DNA of 64,000 nucleotides from a virus (Duplodnaviria; Caudoviricetes): IMG/VR virus record IMGVR_UViG_2896164284_000005, positions 1 to 64,000 of that record; one strand, 5' to 3'. Shown piece by piece: positions 37,331 to 46,680 of this stretch (position 1 is its first letter; each line of letters starts with the position of its first letter). The notes under the pieces were generated by a model. It saw only the letters and a program-made list of their open reading frames with translations, ran no database searches and was not told where the DNA came from. The position numbers and the translations under genes were made by a program.

Positions 37331-37600
37331 TTATAGAGCTGAACGCAAAAATCTTGACTTATTTTCATCCAAACACCAAGCAGAGTTACCTCTAGCAATT
37401 TCGACAATAATTAGCTCATCATTCCGATCTATTGTGCTTAAAAGATGATCTCGAATTTCAACACTGCTTTTTGCTGAATGAACAAACCATAACGATTGTA
37501 ATAATTGCCTTGCGTTTGCATATGTCTGAATAGCTGCAATTAAACGGGAATAATCACGCCCAGTAGCGTGAAGATCGTAACTAATCAAATAGTTTTTCAT
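37331..37600 (-). CDS. Cas2/VapD-like ferredoxin-fold small protein
   Basis: MKNYLISYDL..DY..L..AI; SLWFV; D.ND.LII; own TTGTGT-17-TATAAT promoter. Confidence 0.65.
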   Translation of the reverse strand: MKNYLISYDLHATGRDYSRLIAAIQTYANARQLLQSLWFVHSAKSSVEIRDHLLSTIDRNDELIIVEIARGNSAWCLDENKSRFLRSAL

Positions 37601-37762
37601 AACAATTCCTATAATTTGTGAAGTAAGACACACAAATTATATTCCTTGCTGAAGTAAGACACAACAAGGCGAGTTTTGCGGTTCTCGTTAAAAAAACTGC
37701 ATTGACAACCGCCCCTATTCAAATTAAGTTTAACCATACTCCGACTAAAAAGGAAACCTAAA

Positions 37763-38119
37763 ATGAAACGCAACTGGGATTTAATTCGCAGAATTTTATT
37801 CAAACTTGAAGAAAAGGCAGATAGTACAAGTTGGTTAATGAGTACAGATATTCAAGGTTATGATTTTAAAACCGTCGCTTATCACTACAAATTGCTTAAA
37901 AATGCTGGAATTATTGAAGCACTTGATATTTCCACAATGGAAGAAGAAAATTTCGCTGCGCTTTCGCTCACTTGGCAAGGTCACGAGTTCTTAGACAAAA
38001 TCCGCAACGACAGCGTATGGAACAAAGTCAAAAGCACCGTCCAAAGCAAAAGCCTTGATTTAAGTTTTGATGTGATTAAGCAAGTGGCAACTGCGACAAT
38101 TAGTGCAATGTTGCCGTAG
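37763..38119 (+). CDS. DUF2513-like winged-helix protein
   Basis: MKRNWDLIRRIL, LTWQGHEFLD.IR. Confidence 0.85.
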   Translation: MKRNWDLIRRILFKLEEKADSTSWLMSTDIQGYDFKTVAYHYKLLKNAGIIEALDISTMEEENFAALSLTWQGHEFLDKIRNDSVWNKVKSTVQSKSLDLSFDVIKQVATATISAMLP

Positions 38120-38199
38120 AGATATTGACACCCACCGCCCTTTCGGATTAAGATAACTACATTCTAAGTCGCTTCAAGCGGCTTTTTTATAAGGAAGCC

Positions 38200-38688
38200 T
38201 TGATGATATTTACCGAAACAGACTATCATTCAATCGCACATCAATTCGCTCACTTTAAAGTCGCACAGATTGAATATATTATTGATTTTTCATCTGACAA
38301 TGATGTGATCGAAACGCTATTCCCTTTAGATAAACAAATTGAAACCCTATTAAAAAATCGCAAAACCTACAGCGTTAAATTCGGCGTAAAAGCGTATTAT
38401 GAAAGCACAGATCCAAATATTGACTTATACGCACCGCCTAAAAATCATCATCTCAAAAAAACAGATATTCAACAATTAAAAGAACAACTTGAAACATTAT
38501 TGTATAAGCATTATCTCACCTATCAGCCTGAATGTTATTTTTTTATCGCAGAACGTCCATCATTAAGCAGAATGTATCAAAAAATGTGCGACAACCGCCA
38601 TCCACTTATGATAGACTTTAAACCAGTCGGACAATTAGGCGATAATGCAGATTGCTTCATTATCAAAACCCCAAACTACAAGGAGTAA
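38200..38688 (+). CDS. Hypothetical protein
   Basis: 162 aa ORF with AAGGAAG RBS. Confidence 0.65.
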   Translation: MMIFTETDYHSIAHQFAHFKVAQIEYIIDFSSDNDVIETLFPLDKQIETLLKNRKTYSVKFGVKAYYESTDPNIDLYAPPKNHHLKKTDIQQLKEQLETLLYKHYLTYQPECYFFIAERPSLSRMYQKMCDNRHPLMIDFKPVGQLGDNADCFIIKTPNYKE

Positions 38689-38691
38689 ACT

Positions 38692-38781
38692 ATGGCAGAA
38701 ACCAAACCAACAGCAAAAGAGTTAAAACGCCAAGCAATGCTCGCTTCTCGTTTAGCCTACCAAAAAGCAAAAAAACAATAA
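38692..38781 (+). CDS. 29-aa basic peptide MAETKPTAKELKRQAMLASRLAYQKAKKQ
   Basis: AAGGAG RBS; read manually. Confidence 0.5.
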   Translation: MAETKPTAKELKRQAMLASRLAYQKAKKQ

Positions 38782-38929
38782 CCACAAAATCCCACTTCAC
38801 AACGTGGGATTTTTTATTTGACAACCCAAAAACTTTATACTACTATTCGCCTCAAGGTGTCGAAACCTTTTTCAAGTGGCGGTAGTAAACGGATCGCCAA
38901 AGTGCGGTCTTTTTTTATGCCGAAATCTC

Positions 38930-39015
38930 GTTAAGTCGAGAGGGCGACTAATACAATACCCGTAAGGGAAATACGTCCAGCCTAACCACTTGAAGGCTTT
39001 CGAACCTCTCGGCAC
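38930..39015 (+). ncRNA. c4/CI-type antisense RNA controlling the antirepressor
   Basis: CCACTTGAA..TTTCGA (38986-39003) is complementary to TCGAAA..TCAAGTGG at 38860-38879 and 39040-39055 (ant RBS). Confidence 0.7.
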
Positions 39016-39065
39016 CATTTGTCGAAAAATGGTGAATTATCGAAATATCAAGTGGAGACAGTATT

Positions 39066-39770
39066 ATGTCAAACCTATCAATTCTTAAAACGTCTATTCG
39101 TACATACGAAAATCTTTACTCATTAAACGATCTTCATATTGCTAGTGGATCTGAAAATAAACATCAACCAGCTTTATTTTTACGTTTAGATACAACACAA
39201 GAACTAATTAAAGAAATTGACCAAACTTCTGATCTACAGATCTGTAGATCAGTCAAATCACTACGCACAGGGCAAAACAAAGGAACTTGGGCTTGTGAAG
39301 AGCTTGTTATCGCTTACGCAATGTGGATCAGCCCAAAATTCCACTTGGTCGTATTAAGAGCGTTCCTTGCGATGCATAAAGGCAAATTGCAAAACCAACC
39401 GCAACAACTTGTCCTACCCGAACCCGAGAAAAAATACACGTTCGAGTTTACCGAAAATACTTGCTTACGCTTTGTGAGTATGTGGTTTGCACTCTACAAC
39501 AACCTAGAGCTATTAGGACAACTACACCAACCATTAAGCAATATCGGCTCACATTTTGGCACAACCGCCTACACCCATTACACCGAATATAAAACGATAC
39601 TCGGCACAATGAAAAGCGTCCTAGAGCCAATGACAAAAGAGTTTAACCCTGACCCTAGAGACGAAGCACATTACTGCAAAGCACTCAAAACGCTACGCAG
39701 TTATCAATTACAAGGCTTGGCAAAAATCGTAAAACATCCAACGCCACCAACGCGTAAATACGACTTCTAA
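39066..39770 (+). CDS. KilA-N antirepressor
   Basis: YSLNDLHIASG, GTWACEELVIAYAMWISPKFHL.V.RAF. Confidence 0.88.
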   Translation: MSNLSILKTSIRTYENLYSLNDLHIASGSENKHQPALFLRLDTTQELIKEIDQTSDLQICRSVKSLRTGQNKGTWACEELVIAYAMWISPKFHLVVLRAFLAMHKGKLQNQPQQLVLPEPEKKYTFEFTENTCLRFVSMWFALYNNLELLGQLHQPLSNIGSHFGTTAYTHYTEYKTILGTMKSVLEPMTKEFNPDPRDEAHYCKALKTLRSYQLQGLAKIVKHPTPPTRKYDF

Positions 39771-39866
39771 AACCTAATCAAAACCGACCGCACTTTTCCC
39801 AACGAAAATCGTGTGGCGGTTTTCTACACCTAAATTTCGACAAATTGAACAAAAAGGAACCAGAAA

Positions 39867-40400
39867 ATGACCATTAACAAACTTCATGTGATTAAAAAAG
39901 ACGATATGTACATCGGTGAAATCATCCTTGACGGAAAAATTGTTGAAACCATCCCTGCGCATCTTAATGCGTCAAATTGCGCACGAACCTTAAACGCCCG
40001 CGTAACACAAGTCGCTACGCTTAAAAATATCCAACTTCCCCGTCTTGTGGTTTCCAAGCCTGAAGAGCCTATTTATTTTGAGCTAACAAAAAACAGTTAC
40101 AAAATTATCAAGAAAGCCAAAACCGACACAGTAAAAAAGGAAACGCCTGACGCGGTCACACAAACCGCACAACGCGTACCGCCTCACCCAAGTCCACTAA
40201 AACCAAAAGCGATACCGCGGGTAAGCCCTAGACGCAAGCCTTTTACACCCTATGGCTTAAACGGCTATTTAGTGGATAAAAACGGCAATATCCGCCTCAT
40301 GCTAGACAGAAAAGCCAGTGCCAACACAATTGTACTTGAACCGCAAATGTTCGAAGCATTAGCGGATATGGTGAAAATGACCCAATCACAAGGAGAATAA
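39867..40400 (+). CDS. Hypothetical phage protein
   Basis: AAAGGA RBS; pL operon. Confidence 0.7.
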   Translation: MTINKLHVIKKDDMYIGEIILDGKIVETIPAHLNASNCARTLNARVTQVATLKNIQLPRLVVSKPEEPIYFELTKNSYKIIKKAKTDTVKKETPDAVTQTAQRVPPHPSPLKPKAIPRVSPRRKPFTPYGLNGYLVDKNGNIRLMLDRKASANTIVLEPQMFEALADMVKMTQSQGE

Positions 40401-40402
40401 CC

Positions 40403-40663
40403 ATGCCTAATTTTATTGAAGAACTGCTAGAAATATTAAAAAGCGTACTGGCAGTGTTAGTCATCATCCTAACCGCACTTATGCTCATATCATTATTTCA
40501 TCCGGCTTTTGGCGCGACACCTGCGGAAGAATGTGACATAAAAGGCGGTATCTGGACTAAAACCTACTGCGCACCACCTGATATGAACGATGAAGAAATC
40601 ACCTATGCACAACGTTACACAATCTTGAAAGAAATCGAAATGCGAGAAATGAAAGATGATTGA
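40403..40663 (+). CDS. Small membrane/exported protein
   Basis: TM segment followed by C..GG.W...C. Confidence 0.65.
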   Translation: MPNFIEELLEILKSVLAVLVIILTALMLISLFHPAFGATPAEECDIKGGIWTKTYCAPPDMNDEEITYAQRYTILKEIEMREMKDD

Positions 40664-40811
40664 TTACTACTACGACAATGTGTTTTTAGCACCGCCTGAA
40701 GACGAAGAAGATCGAATTGATGATGAAGATTTCGCAGAACCTGATGACAATTTTGAGCCTTACGATGATGATTGTGATTACTGGAAATCAAACTGCTATG
40801 GCAGGGGGTAA
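40656..40811 (+). CDS. 51-aa highly acidic peptide
   Basis: Read manually; 19/51 residues Asp/Glu; overlaps upstream gene by 8 nt and ends 2 nt before the next. Confidence 0.6.
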   Translation: MIDYYYDNVFLAPPEDEEDRIDDEDFAEPDDNFEPYDDDCDYWKSNCYGRG

Positions 40812-40813
40812 AG

Positions 40814-40999
40814 ATGATTTATGAAGAATTAGAAGATGGTGAACTCATCATCATTGATAGAAAAAAAATTGACACGGCTTATATTGAAAAGTGCGGTCAA
40901 AATTTAAATGAATTTGAAAACTGGCTTTTCAGTGGTGTGATTAACCCTGTAGACGTACAAGACGCGTTAAATCGTTTTTATGAAGAACTCCCCTTTTAA
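40814..40999 (+). CDS. Hypothetical protein
   Basis: 61 aa, within operon. Confidence 0.6.
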   Translation: MIYEELEDGELIIIDRKKIDTAYIEKCGQNLNEFENWLFSGVINPVDVQDALNRFYEELPF

Positions 41000-41009
41000 G
41001 GATAAGAAA

Positions 41010-41510
41010 ATGAAACTCTATGAAATTGCCACGCAATATCAAAACATCGCGGAATTATTAGCCGATCCTGAATTTGCTGATAATCAAGACATTACGACCG
41101 CACTTGATAACATCGAAGATGATTTTAACAACAAAGCGGTGAATGTGGTTAAGGCAATCAATATCGCTGAACACGATATAGACGCAATTGATTCAGAAAT
41201 TAAACGCTTAACCGCAATGAAAAAGGCACGCCAAAACCGCATTGATGAAATCAAAAATTACTTGAAATTCAATATGCAAAAAACAGGCATTTACAAAATC
41301 GAATGTCCGCTTTTTAAAATCAGTTACAGCGAACGCGCGCAAAGTGCGGTAGAAATTGATGAAAAGTTATTTATGGATAACAACATTAACGAAGATTTTG
41401 TAAACGTCAAAATCACACCGAACAAAACCGCGATTAAAGACGCGCTAAAACGTGGTGAAAATGTGATAGGCGCAAAACTGGTCGATAGCCAAGTGTTAAC
41501 GATTAAATGA
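41010..41510 (+). CDS. Siphovirus Gp157-like protein
   Basis: MKLYEIA, EIKRL, KTAIKDALK.G..V.GA. Confidence 0.85.
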   Translation: MKLYEIATQYQNIAELLADPEFADNQDITTALDNIEDDFNNKAVNVVKAINIAEHDIDAIDSEIKRLTAMKKARQNRIDEIKNYLKFNMQKTGIYKIECPLFKISYSERAQSAVEIDEKLFMDNNINEDFVNVKITPNKTAIKDALKRGENVIGAKLVDSQVLTIK

Positions 41511-41524
41511 TAGGTGTAAAAATA

Positions 41525-42265
41525 ATGAGTATAGCAACTTTAATTCTTGGGGAAAGCGGAACAGGTAAATCCACCAGTTTACGCAATCTTGATCCGACAA
41601 AAGTGAGCGTTTATCAGTGTGCAAAGAAACCTTTACCGTTTAAATCTAAAGGTTGGAAAGATAGCGTGTTTTCTTATGATGATCTCAAAATAGTACACGT
41701 TCCTAAATTGGATAAAAATAATAAACCAACAGGTGAAAAAATTGAGCAAATTCTTACGCCAGAACAAGCAATAACACGCTTTTTATTAAATAGCAAAAAA
41801 GACATTCTAATTATAGATGATTTCCAATATCTAATGAGTTTTGAATTTATGGATACGATTGGAATGGATAAGAGCAAAGGTGCTAGTTATGACCGATTTA
41901 ATAATATTGGCAACAACGCATTTCGCATACTACGCTTAGCATCACAACTTCCAGATCATAAAAGAGTTTACATCCTTAATCACGTTGAAACTGATGATTT
42001 CGGCAAAATTAGATTTAAAACAATTGGTAAGCTCTTAGACAAAATGATTGTGCCTGAAGGTTTATTCAGCCTTTCAATGAGAACTCAAATAGATAAAGAC
42101 GGTTACCACTTCCGCACAAAAAATAACGGAGAAGATACCGTTAAAACACCAATGGGAATGTTTGAATTTGAACTTATCGACAACGATTTGAAATTCGTTG
42201 ATGAAATGATTTGTGATTATTACGACATTGAAACAACAGAAACCACTCAACCAGAAGGAAATTAA
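41525..42265 (+). CDS. Sak4-like AAA recombination ATPase
   Basis: GESGTGKSTS, IIDDFQY, KTIGKLLD, KTPMGMF. Confidence 0.85.
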   Translation: MSIATLILGESGTGKSTSLRNLDPTKVSVYQCAKKPLPFKSKGWKDSVFSYDDLKIVHVPKLDKNNKPTGEKIEQILTPEQAITRFLLNSKKDILIIDDFQYLMSFEFMDTIGMDKSKGASYDRFNNIGNNAFRILRLASQLPDHKRVYILNHVETDDFGKIRFKTIGKLLDKMIVPEGLFSLSMRTQIDKDGYHFRTKNNGEDTVKTPMGMFEFELIDNDLKFVDEMICDYYDIETTETTQPEGN

Positions 42266-42267
42266 CA

Positions 42268-42906
42268 ATGACCCAACCTATTTTCACTTACAACCAAGAA
42301 CAAGCAGTTAAAGCAGGTAATTCAGCATTTATCAGCGAAACAGGGGCTTATAACTGTAAAATCATCAGTGCGGAATATGTCCAATCTCAAGGTGGTGCGT
42401 TATCCCTTGAATTTAGCGTAGAAACGCAAGAGGGGTTAAAAGGCAATTATCTCTCTGTTTATTATCAAGGCAAAGACGGACAACCACTGCAAGGCGGTCA
42501 AAATATGATACAGGCAATTATGGGCTGTACCGGTGTTCAAGTATTAACACAACAATTCAAAGACGGTAGAGCCTATGCCCCTGAATTAAGCGGTAAGTAT
42601 GTGGGCTTGATGTTGCAAAAAGTCTTACGCACCAAACAAAATGGCTCAGATACCTACGGATTTAGTATTCTCTGCCCATACTTCATAAAAACCAAAAAAA
42701 CCTTATCAGAACACATCGAAGACAAACCAGCAGAACGTATTCAATGGCTTGTTGAGCATACGAAAGATAAGGACGAACGAGACAAACAACAAAACCAACA
42801 ACAAGGCTACCAAGCCCAACATCAATTCTACGGACAACAGGCAACACAGCCTAACTCACCGCAACAGCTTCCAGTAGATAATTTTGATGATGATATTCCG
42901 TTCTGA
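42268..42906 (+). CDS. Phage ssDNA-binding-like protein
   Basis: Follows Sak4-like gene; Gln-rich linker and DDDIPF tail. Confidence 0.75.
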   Translation: MTQPIFTYNQEQAVKAGNSAFISETGAYNCKIISAEYVQSQGGALSLEFSVETQEGLKGNYLSVYYQGKDGQPLQGGQNMIQAIMGCTGVQVLTQQFKDGRAYAPELSGKYVGLMLQKVLRTKQNGSDTYGFSILCPYFIKTKKTLSEHIEDKPAERIQWLVEHTKDKDERDKQQNQQQGYQAQHQFYGQQATQPNSPQQLPVDNFDDDIPF

Positions 42907-42920
42907 ATTTAAGGGCGTCA

Positions 42921-43109
42921 TTACGCCCTTTTTTGAGATTGCTTAAACAGCTCAACGGCTTGAATAATCAACTGATTTTGTGGAATGTTTAATTGCGTAC
43001 TTAACTGCTCGATTTCGGCAATCACAACTAAAGGAAGTTTGAACGCCTTGAGTTTAATACCGTGTTTTTCCTCACTGCGTCTAACAATTTCTGTTCTTGA
43101 CATCGCCAT
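42921..43109 (-). CDS. Small RHH-like DNA-binding protein
   Basis: KAFKL..IEQL...IPQNQLIIQAV; AAGGA RBS. Confidence 0.7.
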   Translation of the reverse strand: MAMSRTEIVRRSEEKHGIKLKAFKLPLVVIAEIEQLSTQLNIPQNQLIIQAVELFKQSQKRA

Positions 43110-43176
43110 AATAAATCCTTAACATTAGTTTTGAAGAACGAGAGAGATTTCTCCCTCTCGTTAAATTATCATCAAA

Positions 43177-43236
43177 TTAGTAAGCTGGCGAGCTAAGTAC
43201 TAACAAGATGATAACTAGGATAATGTATTTAAACAT
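43177..43236 (-). CDS. ibs: Ibs-like type I toxin MFKYIILVIILLVLSSPAY
   Basis: 19 aa hydrophobic peptide ending S-P-A-Y; AAGAGG RBS; downstream hairpin at 43137-43162. Confidence 0.8.
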   Translation of the reverse strand: MFKYIILVIILLVLSSPAY

Positions 43237-43480
43237 TTGATTATCCTCTTCAAAGTTGGGTAGATTAAAGGTCAGACCCAGCTCGTTTTCAGCATTATTA
43301 CTGAAAACAAAATCATTATAAGTTAGTTATCTAACCGAATCAAGTATTATTTCACTAAGCCATCGTTTTTACGGTGGCTTTTTTATTGCAACATTTTCAC
43401 CAAAACCAACCGCTTGTCGCAATACAGGCGGTTTTTTATTACCCAAAATCAACAACCAATCCAAAAATAGGAGAACTCAA

Positions 43481-43837
43481 ATGAGCAACTTAACCCCATT
43501 TAGTCAAACTTTATCAAAACTCAACCGTGGAGAACTTAACGATGAACTAACCGATGTATTAGCTGAAGTCGTCAAAGCCGTGCGTTCAACACGCAAACAA
43601 GGTTCAGTTACTCTAACCTTGAATGTTGCAATGCTGAACACTCGCACAGAAGATTCAATAAAAATCACACCTAAAGTCAGCCATAAAATTCCTGAACTTG
43701 ATCGTGAAGAAAGTATTGTCTTTTCAACTGCTGGTGGTGACGTGTTATTTGATGACCCGAATCAATTAAAAATGGACTTAAAAGCTGTTGAAGAAAAACC
43801 AAAAGGTCAGCTCAAAGTTTTAAACCCAGCTGCTTAA
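43481..43837 (+). CDS. YfdP-like phage protein
   Basis: G....EL...L..VV.AV..T.K.GSVTL; upstream of DUF2303-like gene. Confidence 0.7.
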   Translation: MSNLTPFSQTLSKLNRGELNDELTDVLAEVVKAVRSTRKQGSVTLTLNVAMLNTRTEDSIKITPKVSHKIPELDREESIVFSTAGGDVLFDDPNQLKMDLKAVEEKPKGQLKVLNPAA

Positions 43838-43875
43838 TCTAAACATTATTAACTTAAAATAGAAGGAATCCTTAT

Positions 43876-44673
43876 ATGGAACAAATTATCAAAGAAATCG
43901 CAAGCCTAGCTTCAAATGGTTTAAATGTTGGCGCATTTGCAGGTACGCCTGCAATTCTTGCCCGTGATGATTTTGACATTAAGTCATTAGAACATTTACA
44001 ACCGACACCGAATCGTATCCGCCAAGCTGTTACAGTTTCTACGGCTAAATCGCTCATTGATTACGTTAATAAATTCAAAGTTGATGGCACATCAATTTTC
44101 TGTGATTTAGAAAAATTAAACGTGAAAGCCATTTTTGACTATCACGCAAACCCAAGCGAAGCACGCTGGGGCGATCATACAGCCAGTTACACTTGCCCAC
44201 ATTCAAAAGATTGGAAGGCTTGGAGCGGTAAGAATAAAAGTGCAATGAGTCAAATTGAATTTGCTCAATTCATTGAAAATAACATTCATTGCGTAGCAAG
44301 TGAAGGTAACGTAGCAAGTGGCGCTGAACTACTAGCTATGGTGCTTACCTTTGAAGAAACTCGTAAATCTGAATTTAAATCGGTGCAGCGTTTACAAGAT
44401 GGCACAATGTCATTTGCTTTCACAGATGAAAAAACTGGTGGTGGTAAAACACGCCTGCCAGAAGAAATCATCTTAGGTTTACAACCATTCCACAATGGCG
44501 ATTACTACCAAATTAAGGCTCGCATTCGTTATCGTATCAAAGATGGTTTATTAAATTTATGGTATGAACTCATCAATCCTGAAAAAGTGATTGAAGATGC
44601 GTTTAATACTACGATTGAAAATCTGAAAGCGAATATTCCTGATGTGGATTTCTACGAAGGGAATTTAGCATAA
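43876..44673 (+). CDS. DUF2303/YfdQ-like protein
   Basis: AIFDYH, WGDH.A, MSQ.EFA.FIE.N. Confidence 0.8.
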   Translation: MEQIIKEIASLASNGLNVGAFAGTPAILARDDFDIKSLEHLQPTPNRIRQAVTVSTAKSLIDYVNKFKVDGTSIFCDLEKLNVKAIFDYHANPSEARWGDHTASYTCPHSKDWKAWSGKNKSAMSQIEFAQFIENNIHCVASEGNVASGAELLAMVLTFEETRKSEFKSVQRLQDGTMSFAFTDEKTGGGKTRLPEEIILGLQPFHNGDYYQIKARIRYRIKDGLLNLWYELINPEKVIEDAFNTTIENLKANIPDVDFYEGNLA

Positions 44674-44732
44674 TTATAAAACAAAACCGCTTGGAAGTAA
44701 TTTCAAGCGGTTTTCATTAATGGTAATGAAAA

Positions 44733-45413
44733 ATGATTTCAGAGAAAGACAAACAAGCAATTTTGAACGGTGCATACTGTGTAAGTCGTAAAGGTTATAA
44801 ATGTAAATTCGTAGGTAATGCAGCCAATACTGACGATTACACGCATACATTTATTTACCTCAATAAAGAGGGGCTAATATACACTTTGATGAAATTGAAT
44901 CATAATTTTAAAAACTATGAAAAAATGGATTCTGATTTTGATGTTGTAGGTCTATGGGAAGACAAACCAGAACCTTTTAATTTAGATAAAGCATTAGCTG
45001 GTGAGCCAGTGATGGTTAGAAGTGGAAAAAAAGCATATATAACTGCTATGCCTCCTGAATATAAAGGTCAATACCCACTTATGGGATATGTTGTTGAACC
45101 TGAAAATGTAAATGGTATTGAATCTTACTCATGGACTTTAAAAGGTAGAAGTAGCTTGCGTACTCAATCACATCAATATGATATTGTTGGCATGTGGAAA
45201 GAGCCTGAATCTGTATCAAACACCGTAACTTTAACTCTACCTTGCTCATTAAGAGAACCTAAAGATGCGATGTGGGTTGTCTACCCGTATGGCTGTAATA
45301 AATCAGTTTACGGTAAAGATATTACATCAGATATCTTTGCTCAAGGACCTTACTTTGCCTCAAAAGCAGACGCTCAAGCGTGGTTTGACGCAATGCAGAA
45401 CAATCGCAGATAA
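44733..45413 (+). CDS. Hypothetical protein with internal repeat
   Basis: DVVGLWE / DIVGMWK repeats; FNLDKALAGEPV. Confidence 0.7.
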   Translation: MISEKDKQAILNGAYCVSRKGYKCKFVGNAANTDDYTHTFIYLNKEGLIYTLMKLNHNFKNYEKMDSDFDVVGLWEDKPEPFNLDKALAGEPVMVRSGKKAYITAMPPEYKGQYPLMGYVVEPENVNGIESYSWTLKGRSSLRTQSHQYDIVGMWKEPESVSNTVTLTLPCSLREPKDAMWVVYPYGCNKSVYGKDITSDIFAQGPYFASKADAQAWFDAMQNNRR

Positions 45414-45451
45414 ACCGCCTAGTGCGGTTTTGTTATTTTAGGGAGTAATAA

Positions 45452-46021
45452 ATGAAAAATTTTACCCAATCATTCTTAAATAGCATTCAAGAGCATCAAC
45501 TTACTATTCTTGAAAATTCAGAAAACGTTAAATGTTTCAAAATGGCAAGACCTCATACTATTGCTATGTCGTTTACTGTTATTTACGCAGATAACAAGGT
45601 AATTATTACTGGCGATATGGGGCATTACGTGTTTGGTTACTTGTCAAATCCTTATGATTTTTTTCTTAGCGAAAGTACATTAAATGCAAGCTATATCGCC
45701 CAAAAAGTCATTTCTCAAGATACTGTACGTCCAGTTCAGAAATACGATTCAGTTGTAGCAGAGCAAGAAATTCGTAGAGCAATTCACGAATATGCGGATT
45801 TTGATTTATCAAAAGAACTTTATGAATCGTTAGAAAACATCGATTTTGAGTCAGAACATGAAGTAGAACACTGGCTTTACTCACTAGAAGATAAAGCTAG
45901 AGATGTTTTCAATGAAGTAAATATGAGTGATTTTACGGTATTAAGTGATAATTTTAGCTGGTGTATTCAAGCTATCGCTTGGGCAACAAGAGAATTTGAT
46001 AAAGTGGTGTACAATGACTAA
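45452..46021 (+). CDS. Hypothetical phage protein
   Basis: ITGDMG.YVF motif; GGGAG RBS. Confidence 0.7.
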   Translation: MKNFTQSFLNSIQEHQLTILENSENVKCFKMARPHTIAMSFTVIYADNKVIITGDMGHYVFGYLSNPYDFFLSESTLNASYIAQKVISQDTVRPVQKYDSVVAEQEIRRAIHEYADFDLSKELYESLENIDFESEHEVEHWLYSLEDKARDVFNEVNMSDFTVLSDNFSWCIQAIAWATREFDKVVYND

Positions 46022-46598
46022 AGAAAACAACGGCTGGATTAGTGTTGAGGGGTATGAAGATTGTTATGAAATAAATGCTATTGGACAAATTAGAAGTATA
46101 GAACGACTAATTTATAAATCTAATGGGACAATGCAACGACTTAAAAGCAAGATATTAAAAACTCATTTAAATTCGTCTGGCTATCCTGTATTGCGATTAA
46201 GTAATTTAACAAACGGAAAGCGTGAAATGGTTAGGCTTCATAGATTATTAGCTAAACATTTTATACCTAATCCAGAAAATAAACCTGAAGTAAACCATAT
46301 TGATGGAGACAAACAAAATTTTTCTCTATCGAATTTAGAATGGGTAACACCAAGAGAAAATCGAAAACATGCTTGGGACTCCGGACTTAGAACACGGGAG
46401 CATTTGCCAGTACATTATGGAGAAAATAAATACAATTCTAAGTTAACAAATAATAAAGTAATAGAAATGAGAAAATTAAGAGATTCGGGAGTCTCTTACA
46501 GCAAAATCGCAAAATTATTTTCTATACATAAGACTACTGCGATGAACGCAATAAATGGAATTACTTGGAAATTTGTCCCACCGCCACCAACAAAATAA
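46014..46598 (+). CDS. NUMOD4-HNH homing endonuclease
   Basis: GYE..YEI...G.IRS; LHRLLA..FIPNP..VNHIDG.K.N....NLEW; C-terminal HTH. Confidence 0.9.
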   Translation: MTKENNGWISVEGYEDCYEINAIGQIRSIERLIYKSNGTMQRLKSKILKTHLNSSGYPVLRLSNLTNGKREMVRLHRLLAKHFIPNPENKPEVNHIDGDKQNFSLSNLEWVTPRENRKHAWDSGLRTREHLPVHYGENKYNSKLTNNKVIEMRKLRDSGVSYSKIAKLFSIHKTTAMNAINGITWKFVPPPPTK

Positions 46599-46680
46599 CC
46601 AATACAGCCCACAAACGTGGGCTTTTTAATTAACAAAATCAGACCGCTCTTTATGGGCGGTTTTCTTTTATGGAGAAAAA

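Noticed and set aside
38652-38885. 77-aa ORF
   Set aside because: Crosses a terminator and promoter; the 29-aa ORF in another frame has the RBS.
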